Source: an uncultured Candidatus Binatia bacterium
Lineage (GTDB): Bacteria > Desulfobacterota > Binatia > UBA9968 > JAJDTQ01
Assembly: GCA_965261895.1 (NCBI GenBank)
Contig: OZ253480.1
Span: 4,379,210-4,443,209, forward strand
Direction: 5' to 3'
DNA length: 64,000 nt
Numbering within the stretch: position 1 is the stretch's first letter; each line of letters starts with the position of its first letter. A model generated the notes under the pieces. That model was not told the DNA's origin. It worked only from the letters and a program-made list of their open reading frames with translations, and made no database searches. Both the position numbers and the translations under genes were made by a program. Positions 1-10,456 of this stretch are shown here, one piece after another.

Positions 1-2
1 TG

Positions 3-1205
3 GCTCACGGGCGGACCACTATCACTGACGCGTCTGGGGCCTTCGTGGGCAAAATGACGTCGACTACCGACAACATTGCCGCGTTCGGTCCGACCATCGA
101 ATTCACCGAAGATACCTGTTTCATTGACGGTGGCGACTATCGTACCCCCGGGGACGTAATAGATGTCGACAACTCAGGCACCACGCTTCAGTTCTTGCTG
201 GGTGTTGCGGCAGCAAGCCCGGGATGGACGGTGTTCACGGGCGACGAGTCACTGCGCAGACGGCCCATGAAATCGCTCCTGGACAGTCTGTCTTCGCTGG
301 GCATCCGCTGCTATTCCGCCCAAGGGGACGGAACGGCACCCATTATTGTCCGCGGCGGCGGCTTCGCCGGCGGCGAAACGGAGATCTCCGGCTTTATTTC
401 GCAGTGGCTGTCGGGCGTTTTAATTTGCGCACCGCTCAGTCGCGACGGGGTGACTGTTCGGCTCACAGATACGTTGCGAGAGAAACCCTACATCGACATG
501 ACCCTGCAGATGCTGGAGACGTTCGGGATCGAATATGACGTGAGCCGCGCGCCCGACGTGTATGTCGTGCCTGGCGGACAAACCTATAAGCCCGCAAGTC
601 TGATTATTCCCGGCGATTTCTGTGTTGCCTCGGTGCCCATGGTGGCGGCTGCCATCACACCAGGGTCGGACATTACGCTGCAGAATTTGGATATGACCAG
701 CATTCATCCGGAGAAGAGAATCGTCGAGGTCATGCTTGAAATGGGTGCCGATCTGACCATTGACGCGGCGGCCAACACGATCCGGGTACGAGGCTCGAAA
801 CCGATGCACGGGGTAGAAATCGACGTCACCCACTCACCCGATTTGGTGCCCATACTGTCGGTATTGGGTTGTTTCGCCGAAGGCACGACCCGGATCGTGA
901 ATGGCGAGCACGTCCGCTACAAGGAGAGTGATCGGATCGCCTCGATGATGGAGCTGGTCAAGATCGGCGCCCGCATCGAGGAACGACCGGACGGGCTCGA
1001 TATCGTTGGCATCGACGGCTATCGTGGTTCCGCGACGCTCGATTCCTACCTCGATCACCGGGTGGCGACTGCATTGTCGGTTGCGGGCCTGAAGGGAGAC
1101 CAGGAGATCACTGTCTCCAGGGCTGAGAAATTCGCCATGTCTTATCCGGGTTTCGTCGACGACATGAATGGGCTGGGCGCGTCGCTGAGTGTCGAGGATG
1201 GGTAA
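3..1205 (+). CDS. aroA: EPSP synthase (AroA)-like enolpyruvyl transferase, 5' end outside the window
   Basis: Motifs DNSGT, RRRPM, ISQ, KPYIDMT, PD, KESDRI, DHR, SYPGF. The frame is open back to position 3 (AHGRTTITDAS). Confidence 0.8.
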   Translation, partial: AHGRTTITDASGAFVGKMTSTTDNIAAFGPTIEFTEDTCFIDGGDYRTPGDVIDVDNSGTTLQFLLGVAAASPGWTVFTGDESLRRRPMKSLLDSLSSLGIRCYSAQGDGTAPIIVRGGGFAGGETEISGFISQWLSGVLICAPLSRDGVTVRLTDTLREKPYIDMTLQMLETFGIEYDVSRAPDVYVVPGGQTYKPASLIIPGDFCVASVPMVAAAITPGSDITLQNLDMTSIHPEKRIVEVMLEMGADLTIDAAANTIRVRGSKPMHGVEIDVTHSPDLVPILSVLGCFAEGTTRIVNGEHVRYKESDRIASMMELVKIGARIEERPDGLDIVGIDGYRGSATLDSYLDHRVATALSVAGLKGDQEITVSRAEKFAMSYPGFVDDMNGLGASLSVEDG

Positions 1206-1246
1206 CAAGCTAACCGACAGCCGCTCGGAAAGCCGATTTTGAACAC

Positions 1247-2188
1247 TCATAGACGACCGATGTCGATGAGGCGCCGATCCATGATGTCCCGCAACGCATC
1301 GCCCAGTAAATTGAACGCGAGGATAGCGAGGAATATGGCGAACCCCGGAAAAATACTCATCCACCACAATGTCCAATGTTGCATTCCGGTCGAAATCATC
1401 ACCCCCCAACTTGGCGTGGGTGGCTGGGCTCCGAGGCCCAGGAAGCTGAGGGCGGATTCGATTAGCAGCGCACTCGATGCCACGACGGCCGCAAATACGA
1501 TCACGTTGCCGGCGGCGTTCGGCCATATATGCTTGATGGCAATTCGCATACCGCTGGCACCTACGGCGCGAGCAGCCTCGACGAATTCCATCGACTTCAG
1601 GCTCAGGACTTCGCCGCGCGCGAGCCGGGCGAACATGCCCAGTTTTGCCAACCCGATGGCGAGGATGGTGTAGAGGAGATTGGGTCCGAGTGCGGCAACA
1701 ATCGCCAACGCGAAAATCAAGGGAGGAATTGCCAACAGGGCGTCGATCACCCGCATAATCGATGCATCCCAGAATCTGCCCAAATACGCCGCGATAAATC
1801 CGAGGATCACCCCCGTTACCAACGACAAGGCAACGGCGCCGGCCGCAACTTGTAGCGTGACCCGCGCGCCGAAGATGATGCGGCTGGCGATGTCGCGGCC
1901 GAGTTCGTCGGTTCCCAACCAATGGGTCATACTCGGTGGGTTCAATATCTTCGCGACATCGACCTGTTGCGGATCGAAGGGCGACAACAATGGCGCGAGA
2001 GCTGCCATCAACACGAGGCCAAGAATGATGATCGTCCCCACGGCACCCTGCCGATGCTTGAGCAGATCGCGCGCCAAGCGGGGTCGTGCCCTTTCGCCAA
2101 CAGCGGAGGTCATGTGGGCAGAGCCGGTTTCTATCTCCAACCGGGGCGTTTCTTTGACTTCGCTCACGACGCTGTGCCTTCCCGTCAC
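1247..2188 (-). CDS. Peptide/nickel ABC permease, DppC/OppC type
   Basis: HWLGTDELGRD, EFVEAARAVGAS (EAA loop), LSFLGLG..PPTPSWG. Confidence 0.93.
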   Translation of the reverse strand: MTGRHSVVSEVKETPRLEIETGSAHMTSAVGERARPRLARDLLKHRQGAVGTIIILGLVLMAALAPLLSPFDPQQVDVAKILNPPSMTHWLGTDELGRDIASRIIFGARVTLQVAAGAVALSLVTGVILGFIAAYLGRFWDASIMRVIDALLAIPPLIFALAIVAALGPNLLYTILAIGLAKLGMFARLARGEVLSLKSMEFVEAARAVGASGMRIAIKHIWPNAAGNVIVFAAVVASSALLIESALSFLGLGAQPPTPSWGVMISTGMQHWTLWWMSIFPGFAIFLAILAFNLLGDALRDIMDRRLIDIGRL

Positions 2189-3138
2189 GCTATTAAGAGC
2201 TGTCTGATTCTCGGATCGACGTACGCATATAGTATGTCGGTTATAAGGTTGACGAATATGACCAGCAGGACAATCAAGAAGATGCCGCTTTGAACCACTG
2301 GAAAATCCCGCGTGGACACCGCGGCCACGACGAGGCTGCCCAACCCCGGTGTCGAAAAAATCGTCTCGGTCACGATTGCGCCGCCCAGCATATTGCCGAG
2401 TTGCAGGCCAACCAGTGTCAAGATGGGAATGAGCGCATTACGCAAGATGTGCTTTCGGACGACCACAGACCGACGCAATCCCTTGGCGTGGGCGGTTCGG
2501 ACATAGTCCTGCGGTAACACCTGCAATATGCTTGCGCGTGTCTGGCGAAGAATCAGGGGCGCGACGTGCAGACCGATCGTCAAGGCGGGCAAAATCATGA
2601 GTTTCAGGTTTTCGACGGGTGATTCCGTGAACGGCACGTATCCAGAGGGCGGCAGCAAATCGAAGAAGATGGCGAACAGGAGAATCAGCAGAACCCCAAG
2701 CCAGAAATACGGCACGCCCAAGGCAACGGATGAGAACATTCCGATGACGGTGTCGATCGTCGTGCCGCGTCGAAGCGCGGCGAGTATGCCGGCGGGAATA
2801 CCCAAGACGAGGGCAATGATCAGCGAAAGGGCGCTCAACTCCAGCGAGACCGGCAAGCGATCGAGCAGCATGACCGAAACACGTTCATTGCTGTGAAGTG
2901 ATCTGCCGAGGTCACCACTTAACGTCTTCGTCAACCAATCCAGATATTGGACGAATACCGGTCGATCAAAGCCGTATTGTTGGCGCGCGATCTCGCGCTG
3001 TTCGGGCGTCGCGAATTCCCCGAGCACGGTTATCGTGGGATCGCCGGGAATCACATTGATGATGAAAAAGACGAAAAACGAAACCAGAAGAACCACTGGG
3101 ACGGTTTGTCCTATTCGTTTCGAAATGAACAGAAACAT
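2185..3138 (-). CDS. Peptide/nickel ABC permease, DppB/OppB type
   Basis: PGDP, GDLGRS, DYVRTAHAKGL, HILRNAL, ETIF..PGLG, RDFPVVQ, YAYVDPRI. Confidence 0.93.
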   Translation of the reverse strand: MFLFISKRIGQTVPVVLLVSFFVFFIINVIPGDPTITVLGEFATPEQREIARQQYGFDRPVFVQYLDWLTKTLSGDLGRSLHSNERVSVMLLDRLPVSLELSALSLIIALVLGIPAGILAALRRGTTIDTVIGMFSSVALGVPYFWLGVLLILLFAIFFDLLPPSGYVPFTESPVENLKLMILPALTIGLHVAPLILRQTRASILQVLPQDYVRTAHAKGLRRSVVVRKHILRNALIPILTLVGLQLGNMLGGAIVTETIFSTPGLGSLVVAAVSTRDFPVVQSGIFLIVLLVIFVNLITDILYAYVDPRIRQLLIA

Positions 3139-3258
3139 CAGATGCCCTCAGAGGGGGAATCTCCCGGGCGCATTAGGGCGTGGCAAAGCGGCACCGGGAT
3201 CTGAATAGCCAGCCCGAGGGTGGATTAGGGGGGTCAGCGGATTTGAACTTCGGCGTTG

Positions 3259-4830
3259 CTACTTAGCCGTCCAAGCCTCGGCAAACACCCAAGCACCGCC
3301 GACGGTGCGCTTCAGGTTTCTCACTGCAGTCCGCTCAACCTGAGTCGACTCCATGAAAAACAGAAAGCCGTAAAGCGCATTGTCGACCAGATAGGCCTGA
3401 ATCTCGCGGTAGAGGCGCTTTCTGACCGATTGATCGACCTGCTGACCGGCATTGTCGATCATGTCGAATAGCTTGTCGTCACTCACACCGGTTCGCTGAA
3501 TGCGCGCGCGTCGTCCGAATATCCGTCCGAAAGTCTGGGCCGGGTCGATCCCCGGCACCGTGAAGCGGCCGATACCAAACATGTGGTTCTTGGCGCGTAA
3601 ACTGGCCTGCATCGACTGGCGATCGACGGTCTTGATCGTCAGATTGATGCCGGCCTCTTTCAGTTGCGCCTGCATTAGCTGAGCGACCGTCGAGTCGGGT
3701 TCACGCTTGATGATGTCCAATCGCGCGTTAAGACCACTCTCGTGTCCGGCTTCGGCGAGCAGTTGCTTGGCGCGCCCGGGATTGTGACCGTACTTTTCGA
3801 GTGTCGCGTCAAACACCCAGTTCTGGTTGGGGATCAGGGTTGGAGTGACCTGTCCTCTGCCGAGCGTTATCACCTCCATCATCGTTTGACGATCAAGGCC
3901 GAACAGAACCGCCTTTCTCAGCCGAATGTCGTTAAACGGTGGCTTGGCAATGTTGAAGGCGAACATGACGTGCCGGCCATTGCCGGTCCGCACAAGCCGG
4001 AGGCTGGAATCGCCACTCACCGTCTTCAGATCCCGGGCCGAGATGGCGTCGATGACATGGACGTTGCCGGACTTTACTTCGATAACTTTTACCGCGCTTT
4101 TCTTGATGAACCGAATGATGGCGCGGTCGAGATACGGCAATGGTTTTCCATCGGCGCCGTTCCGCCAGTAATTGGGGTTTCGTTCGAGAACAATTCTGGA
4201 TCCCGATTGCCAACCGGCGAACTTGAAGGGGCCGGTACCCACCGGATTCCTGCCATAATCCTGCCCGTGTTTCTTGATCGCGGTTGGTGACGAAATCAGT
4301 CCGGCGAAGGCGATCGCCGGTAGTGCGGCCGATGTCGGCGCCTTGAGATTGATCCGCAATTGATAGGGTCCACGCACTTCCACCGTTGTGATCGCCGACA
4401 AATCGGAGCCACGCGGTGCATTCAACTCCTTTGAACGCGCGCGACGAAATGTGACCGCCGCCGCTTCTGCATTGAACGCGGTGCCGTCATGGAACTTCAC
4501 GCCTTGCCGTAATGTGAAATCGATCGATTTTTTATCACCGGTAAATTTCCAGCTTGTCGCCAGTCCGGGTACAACTTCGCCGCTCCCGGTAATGTCCAGG
4601 AGCGATTCATAAATCTGCCGCCAGACGTAGTGATCCAGATTGCCCCCGTCGCCGAACAGTGGGTCGAGAGATTTTGGCTCCAGTACGGTTGCGCCAATAA
4701 TCGTTCCGCCTCGTACCGGCGTATCCTGGGCAAAGGTCGGGTATGCCGCGGCGACGGACATGAAAATCGCGGTCGCGAGAACCACATACAGGTTGCGCGC
4801 GCATCGCGCTCCCCAGTTTACAATGTTCAT
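3259..4830 (-). CDS. ABC substrate-binding protein, family 5 (DppA-like)
   Basis: Signal peptide, SLDP, PGLATSW, FTLRQGVKFHDGT, PVGTGPFK, PPFND.RLRKA. Confidence 0.93.
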   Translation of the reverse strand: MNIVNWGARCARNLYVVLATAIFMSVAAAYPTFAQDTPVRGGTIIGATVLEPKSLDPLFGDGGNLDHYVWRQIYESLLDITGSGEVVPGLATSWKFTGDKKSIDFTLRQGVKFHDGTAFNAEAAAVTFRRARSKELNAPRGSDLSAITTVEVRGPYQLRINLKAPTSAALPAIAFAGLISSPTAIKKHGQDYGRNPVGTGPFKFAGWQSGSRIVLERNPNYWRNGADGKPLPYLDRAIIRFIKKSAVKVIEVKSGNVHVIDAISARDLKTVSGDSSLRLVRTGNGRHVMFAFNIAKPPFNDIRLRKAVLFGLDRQTMMEVITLGRGQVTPTLIPNQNWVFDATLEKYGHNPGRAKQLLAEAGHESGLNARLDIIKREPDSTVAQLMQAQLKEAGINLTIKTVDRQSMQASLRAKNHMFGIGRFTVPGIDPAQTFGRIFGRRARIQRTGVSDDKLFDMIDNAGQQVDQSVRKRLYREIQAYLVDNALYGFLFFMESTQVERTAVRNLKRTVGGAWVFAEAWTAK

Positions 4831-4893
4831 AGGCCAACCTTTTCCAGACTGCTATTTTGAGCCGTGTGGGTCCTTGAGAGTGAAAGCCGCGTC

Positions 4894-4923
4894 ACGTTAA
4901 CAATATATATGGGCGCATGTCAA
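4894..4923 (-). promoter_or_regulatory. Putative sigma70 promoter of the dpp-like operon
   Basis: Minus strand TTGACA-18 bp-TAACGT with an extended TG, in an AT-rich patch upstream of the binding-protein gene. Confidence 0.5.
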
Positions 4924-5022
4924 ATATGTGAAAAGATCAGGTGTCGGCTGAACGTCACGGCATGATGTGTTTCGTTCAGCCGACCTCCAAGGTTGCAATC
5001 AGCCGAAGCCCTTGGCTCCGAC

Positions 5023-6867
5023 TCACGTATGCCGCAGCCCCGACAACCCCGCCCCGCCCGTAAGCATGCGCACCAGCACGTTCGCGCCGACGATGATCAT
5101 GACCAGGAAAAGGGTCACGGCGCCGGAGTGCTGGGTCATGTCCTGTTCGTTGTAGTTGAAGATCACTCCGGTGAGCACCATGTTGGCCGGCGACAGCAGC
5201 AGGATGATCAGGGACAGCTCGCGGGTTGCGGTGATGAAGGTCAGCAGCATGCCCGCGATCACGCCGCTTGACGACATGGGGATGATGATCTTGGCCATGC
5301 GCCGGAACCAACCGATCCCCTGGACTCTTGCGGTTTCCTCCAGGGACTTGTCGATTTGCAGTATGGCGGCGATGCCGATGCGCGAAGTGAACGGCAGGTT
5401 CTTGACCACCGTGATCAGGACCAGGATCGTGAATGTGCCATATAGCGCCGGCAACGGCCCCCAGGGAGTCGAGAACATGCCGATGTAGATGGCGCCGAGG
5501 GCGATGGAGGGGAAAATGTAGGGCGCGAAGGCGACGCCCTCGAGCCACCTCGCCAGCAGCGTGCCACGTCCGCGAACCGCTGCATAGCCCACCAGCAACC
5601 CGAGCAGGCCATTGCATACCGCGGCCAGCACGCCCAGTTTGATGCTGTTCCCCAACGCCGTCAGGATGCCCGGGGAATGGATGATGCCGGGTTCGCCATA
5701 GGCGAGGTCGGTGTTGCTCTCGCCGACCCAGAAGTGCGCCGTCAAACCTTGCAGGGAATACTCGCCCGGCGTGATGATCAAGGATTCCCAAAGCAGGATC
5801 AGCAATGGCAGTACGACCGTCACGGCGAGGAAGGCGGCGACCCCGATGGTGGCCGGCCATTGCCAGGCCCCGAGGCTGATTTCGCGCTGCCGGAAGCCCT
5901 TGCCGGTCAGGGTCACGAAGCTCTTCCGAATGCCGATCACCCGGCTATTGATCCAGATGAAGGTGATCGCCATGACGATCAGGACCAGGGCGAGAACGAA
6001 GGCGTCACCGCTGTTGCGCGCGTTCAGCGAGGCGTAGATCTGGGTCGAAAAGGTAAAGAATCGGACCGGCAGCCCCAGCAGGGCCGGTGTCCCGAAGGTG
6101 CCCAGTATGCGGATGAAAGTGAGCACCACGGCGGAACCCAACGCGGGCAGCAGCAACGGAAACGTAATCCGCCATAGGCGTTGGCGCCGGTTCATGCCGG
6201 CGATGGCGCCCGCCTCCTCCAGCTCCGAATCGACGGTTGCCAGGGCGCCCGACATCAGCAGGTAGCCATAAGCGTAGTAGTGCAGCGCCAGACAGATGAC
6301 GATGGGAAAGAAGCCATAGCTGACCCAGTCGGGCGGCTGTATGCCGAAGAAACTGGTGATCATGCCCTCGTTGCCGCCGATCCGGTCGTTCTTGAACAGA
6401 CTCAGCCACGCCAGCGCCAGCACCCACGACGGCATCATGTACGGCACCACCACAAGCGCCCCGAACACGCCCTTGAAGCGGATATTGGTGCGCACCATCA
6501 GCCATGCCAGGCCGCTTCCGATGCCGACGCCCAGAACGGTCACACAGACGCCGACGGCGACGCTGTTGAACAACGGCTTCAGGAACAGCGCCTTGGAAAG
6601 CGGGCCGGTGAAGACGCGTTCGAGGTGGAACAGGGTAAAGGCGCCGACCTTCGCCTCCGGCCTGTAGGCGAGGTCATAGCTCTGGTAGACCAGGGCGTCA
6701 TGGATGATTTCGAAAAGCGGCCCCAACACAAAGACGGACAGGACGGCGAGGCACAGGATACCCAGAATCTTTTCCGGCTGGTTCATCAGCCGGTAGAGGT
6801 GGTAGGTGAGGTTGCTCCTGGAAAGGACCGGAGGCTCGCTTCCGGAAGAGGCCGTATCCAACGACAT
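5023..6867 (-). CDS. ABC permease with two fused permease halves (FbpB/AfuB type)
   Basis: Two EAA loops (LEEAGAIAG, LEETARVQG), FGTPALLG, many TM segments. Confidence 0.9.
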   Translation of the reverse strand: MSLDTASSGSEPPVLSRSNLTYHLYRLMNQPEKILGILCLAVLSVFVLGPLFEIIHDALVYQSYDLAYRPEAKVGAFTLFHLERVFTGPLSKALFLKPLFNSVAVGVCVTVLGVGIGSGLAWLMVRTNIRFKGVFGALVVVPYMMPSWVLALAWLSLFKNDRIGGNEGMITSFFGIQPPDWVSYGFFPIVICLALHYYAYGYLLMSGALATVDSELEEAGAIAGMNRRQRLWRITFPLLLPALGSAVVLTFIRILGTFGTPALLGLPVRFFTFSTQIYASLNARNSGDAFVLALVLIVMAITFIWINSRVIGIRKSFVTLTGKGFRQREISLGAWQWPATIGVAAFLAVTVVLPLLILLWESLIITPGEYSLQGLTAHFWVGESNTDLAYGEPGIIHSPGILTALGNSIKLGVLAAVCNGLLGLLVGYAAVRGRGTLLARWLEGVAFAPYIFPSIALGAIYIGMFSTPWGPLPALYGTFTILVLITVVKNLPFTSRIGIAAILQIDKSLEETARVQGIGWFRRMAKIIIPMSSSGVIAGMLLTFITATRELSLIILLLSPANMVLTGVIFNYNEQDMTQHSGAVTLFLVMIIVGANVLVRMLTGGAGLSGLRHT

Positions 6868-6893
6868 GGGTCAGGACTTCCGTTTTCTTCTGC

Positions 6894-8003
6894 TCAGGCG
6901 GGCGGGCCTTGATTGAAGAGACTGGTCTCCGATTCGACATCGAAGAAGTTCAACGAGTCCGCTTCAAAGTCGATCCACAGGGGGTCGCCGACGTCCATCC
7001 GTATGAATCCTGGTTGCAGGAGCGTGATGGAGTAGTTCCCGGTGCGGGCTTGCAGGATGGTGTCGGACCCCTTCGGCTGAACCGATTCCAGGGCTACCTT
7101 CAGCCAGTCCTCCCTGGCCTCGGTCGATACATTGATGCTTTCCGGGCGAATGGTAGCGATGAGGTTCTTTGCGTTCGGTGGCGGGTCGCCGGGGATCGGC
7201 AGCCACAGGTCGCCGCAATCGAGGCCCACCGCCCCGTTCTTCCGGCTGATGGTGCCGGTAAACCGGTTGATCCCGGGATCGCCGATGAAATCGGCAACGA
7301 ACAGGTTCGCCGGATGGTGATAAATCTCATAGGGCGTGCCCTGTTGCTTGACCACGCCCTTGTCCATGACGACGACGATGTCGGAGAGCGTCAGGGCCTC
7401 GATCTGGTCGTGGGTCACGTAGACGGTGGTGGCTTCGAGGTCGCGGTGCAGCCGCTTGAGCTCGCCGCGCATTTCCGTACGCAGCTTGGCGTCGAGGTTG
7501 GACAGAGGCTCATCCATCAGCAGGATGGACGAGCGCGAGGCGATCATGCGCGCGAGGGCCACCCGCTGTTGCTGGCCGCCAGACAGCTCCGAGGGGTAGC
7601 GGAGCTGGTACGGCTTCATCTGCACCTTCTCGAGGGCGGCCTTGAGGCGCTCATCAGTCTCTCGCGCGCTCAAGCCCATTTGCTTCAGGCCGAGCGTGAT
7701 GTTCCGTTCCACCGTCATGTGGGGCCAGAGCGCGTAGCCTTGGAATATGAGCCCGAGGTTGCGGCGTTCGGGAGGAACGATCACGCCTTTCCGGCGGGAG
7801 AAGATGAGCCTGTCGCCGAACCGGATTTCCCCCGTTTCGGGTTCTTCCAGCCCGGCGATCACGCGCAACGTCGTCGTCTTGCCGCAACCGGACGGTCCAA
7901 GAATAGTCAGGAACGCACCCGGCGCCACGGTCAGGTCCAGATGCCGTACGGCGACTTCCTTGCCGTACGACTTCCGGATCCCGGTCAGATGGATTTCCTC
8001 CAT
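6894..8003 (-). CDS. ABC ATP-binding protein (FbpC/PotA/MalK type)
   Basis: GPSGCGKTT, LSGGQQQR, LLMDEPLSNLD, YVTHDQ. Confidence 0.95.
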   Translation of the reverse strand: MEEIHLTGIRKSYGKEVAVRHLDLTVAPGAFLTILGPSGCGKTTTLRVIAGLEEPETGEIRFGDRLIFSRRKGVIVPPERRNLGLIFQGYALWPHMTVERNITLGLKQMGLSARETDERLKAALEKVQMKPYQLRYPSELSGGQQQRVALARMIASRSSILLMDEPLSNLDAKLRTEMRGELKRLHRDLEATTVYVTHDQIEALTLSDIVVVMDKGVVKQQGTPYEIYHHPANLFVADFIGDPGINRFTGTISRKNGAVGLDCGDLWLPIPGDPPPNAKNLIATIRPESINVSTEAREDWLKVALESVQPKGSDTILQARTGNYSITLLQPGFIRMDVGDPLWIDFEADSLNFFDVESETSLFNQGPPA

Positions 8004-8009
8004 GCTTGG

Positions 8010-9254
8010 CTATTTGCTCGAATGCACCGTCCAGAAGTCGCGGACCTTGGGGCCGTGCTTCCACATGTATCCGGCATCGACGTTCCAGCCCTTCATGTCG
8101 GCCCAGATCTCGCCGCCGGCCGGCAGCGGCACGTCGTGCCGCGGGCTCACCGTGCCCGGGTCGAAATAGGGCGCCAGACCCTGCAACAGGGCCATGCTGG
8201 CGCCCTTGTCGTAGGGCTTCTCGATCTTCGAGTTCTTGTTCAGCTCGAGGCTGCCGAGCAGGTACGCGGTAAACAGCTTGGCCGCGTTGGGGTGGGGCGC
8301 CTGGCGCGCGATGGCGGTAAAGGTCGGGTAGACCAGCTTGCCGACCGGATCCACCTCGGCCAGGATCTTGTTGACGTAGCCCTTCGAATCGTTGCGCGCG
8401 ATATAGGTCATGTAGGTGAACGCGATCAAGGGTTTCTTCTGACCCTTCTTGCCAGAGGCTCCAGCCAGCCTCGAGCCTGACTTGAAGATCACCAGGTCGT
8501 TGGCGAGCATCCGCGCCCAGAACTCGTAACCGGCGTCTGGGACCCCTTCGCTCAATTGGATGGGCTTGCCGGCATGGCGCTGATAGGCGGCCGCCATTTC
8601 ATCGGGACGCTGCATAAGGGTCATGACGCCCATCAGGGTGGAGCCCGACGACAGCGGGTTCTTCACGCCCACCCGGCCCTTGAACTTGGGCTCGGTCAAC
8701 TCCCACACGTTCTTGATGGGCGGCGTGTCCGGGTAGGCCTCCCTGTTGTAGAGAAAAACCATGGCCTCGTTGACCCGGATCAGCAGCGGGTCGCGGTTTT
8801 CCTTTGGAATCCGGTCGACGTAGTGGTGCGGTACATAGTTGACGAGACGGTTCTTGTTCAGCATTTCGTAGATCACCTGACCCGAATTGCCGGTGGTCAC
8901 GATGTCGGCGTTGAAGATATTCGCGTCCTGTTCGCGAATGGTCTTCTCGACCGATTTGACGGACCCCAAGTCATGCACGGTCAGTTTGATCTCCGGATAA
9001 AGCGCGTTGAACGGCTTCACCAGCTTGGCGATGCGACCGGACGCCGTGTAGACCACGACTTCGCCTTCGGCTTTCGCCTTGGCGATGACCTCGTCCCAGT
9101 TCTCCGCCTTGTCATAGGGGCCGAGCTTGGCCGCCTTCAGCCAGGCTTCCATCTCGGGCGGTGGTTTGGAGGCGGCGTTGGCGGCGGTGACGAAGGAAAC
9201 GGCGAACAGGCAGGCCATGAGAACTGCCGGTACACGCGCAATAAGGTGTTTCAT
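8010..9254 (-). CDS. ABC substrate-binding protein (Fe3+/thiamine/sugar-phosphate cluster)
   Basis: AAGGAG RBS before ATG 9254, signal peptide, AKAEGEVVVY, APHPNAAKLF. Confidence 0.88.
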   Translation of the reverse strand: MKHLIARVPAVLMACLFAVSFVTAANAASKPPPEMEAWLKAAKLGPYDKAENWDEVIAKAKAEGEVVVYTASGRIAKLVKPFNALYPEIKLTVHDLGSVKSVEKTIREQDANIFNADIVTTGNSGQVIYEMLNKNRLVNYVPHHYVDRIPKENRDPLLIRVNEAMVFLYNREAYPDTPPIKNVWELTEPKFKGRVGVKNPLSSGSTLMGVMTLMQRPDEMAAAYQRHAGKPIQLSEGVPDAGYEFWARMLANDLVIFKSGSRLAGASGKKGQKKPLIAFTYMTYIARNDSKGYVNKILAEVDPVGKLVYPTFTAIARQAPHPNAAKLFTAYLLGSLELNKNSKIEKPYDKGASMALLQGLAPYFDPGTVSPRHDVPLPAGGEIWADMKGWNVDAGYMWKHGPKVRDFWTVHSSK

Positions 9255-9445
9255 GTTATTCTCCTTCTGGGGCGAAATCACCCGATTCAAGAATGTGGGT
9301 TGCGGGGATCTTCGTTCGCTGTCATCGAATCCTACACTACGCAACACCATGTCAGACATGCAAGGCGATGCACCGGCGCCCCGCTGCATGTTGCCGGGCA
9401 GGTAAAGGGCGGTCTCCGCCGAACGAGATCATGGAAGGATGGCGC

Positions 9446-10066
9446 ATGACCACCCCTGACTATCCCCTTCCTCTCCTCAGTTTGATCGCCCAAGGGCTCG
9501 ATCCCTACGGCGCTGATATTTTCATCGGCGGGACCGCGGCGGCATGTGATATCGACTTGTTGCGCCGCCATGGCATATCCACCGTCGTCAACTGCACGGT
9601 CAATCTGGATGTCAACTATGTCGCCGGGCCGGGCGAAGGCGATGCGAATGGGGATCCAAGCGCGTTGTGCCGTTCCGGAACCGCGCCGTTTCGGGTCTTC
9701 AAGCTGGGGCTGGTGGACGGCGAAAACCCGAACGGCATGATGCTCGGCGGGTACTACATCCTGCACGGCGCCCTCCACCAGACCCTGCCGGAGAAGCAGA
9801 GCTACCCCAGACGGGAGCAGGGCAACGTCCTCGTCCACTGTCGCGGCGGCCGCAGCCGTTCCGTTGCCTTGGTGGCGCTTTATCTTCACCTCCAGGACCC
9901 GATTCGGTTCCCGGAACTCGATAACGCCATCGCCCTGGTGAGAGAGAAGCGCGAAGTGCATCCGGCAGAGTGGTTCAAGGCGCCGAAACAGAACCTCATC
10001 GATGCCGCGGTAGAGGCGGCGCGGGGCATCCGATCGCTGCGCGACCTTGGCGTCCTTGTAGCCTGA
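9446..10066 (+). CDS. Dual-specificity/PTP-fold cysteine phosphatase
   Basis: P-loop VLVHCRGGRSRS (CX5R), GISTVVNC, LVDG acid loop. Start at 9446 or 9431. Confidence 0.85.
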   Translation: MTTPDYPLPLLSLIAQGLDPYGADIFIGGTAAACDIDLLRRHGISTVVNCTVNLDVNYVAGPGEGDANGDPSALCRSGTAPFRVFKLGLVDGENPNGMMLGGYYILHGALHQTLPEKQSYPRREQGNVLVHCRGGRSRSVALVALYLHLQDPIRFPELDNAIALVREKREVHPAEWFKAPKQNLIDAAVEAARGIRSLRDLGVLVA

Positions 10067-10153
10067 GAACACCGCATTGGTCCTTTCTCCGCGACAGCTT
10101 GCCATCCGCGATCTTACCGGGTATATTACCGGCAATAATTGTGGAGGTCCGAT

Positions 10154-10456
10154 TTGAGTAACACATCCCAGAGACGTGCCATCGATCGATACCGCGAGCG
10201 TCTGGCCGAACGCGGTATGGCCCGTTTTGAGGTGCTCGGGCGCAAAGCCGACCGTGAGCTGATCCGTTCGGTTGCCAAGTGCCTGGCGGAAGAAGGACGG
10301 GAGGCGGATCGCCTTCGGACTGCGGTCAGCCGTTGCATCGCAGGCGAATCGCCACGGAAGGGTGGAATCCTTCAAGCTCTGCGACGCTCCCCGCTGGTCG
10401 GGGCCGACATCATTCCCCCCCGGCCATTCGAACCCGGTCGTAAGGTCGATCTGTGA
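10154..10456 (+). CDS. Antitoxin partner of the downstream VapC
   Basis: GGAGG then TTG start; YRERLAERGMARFEVLG..DRELIRS; overlaps the PIN gene by 4 nt. Confidence 0.75.
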   Translation: MSNTSQRRAIDRYRERLAERGMARFEVLGRKADRELIRSVAKCLAEEGREADRLRTAVSRCIAGESPRKGGILQALRRSPLVGADIIPPRPFEPGRKVDL

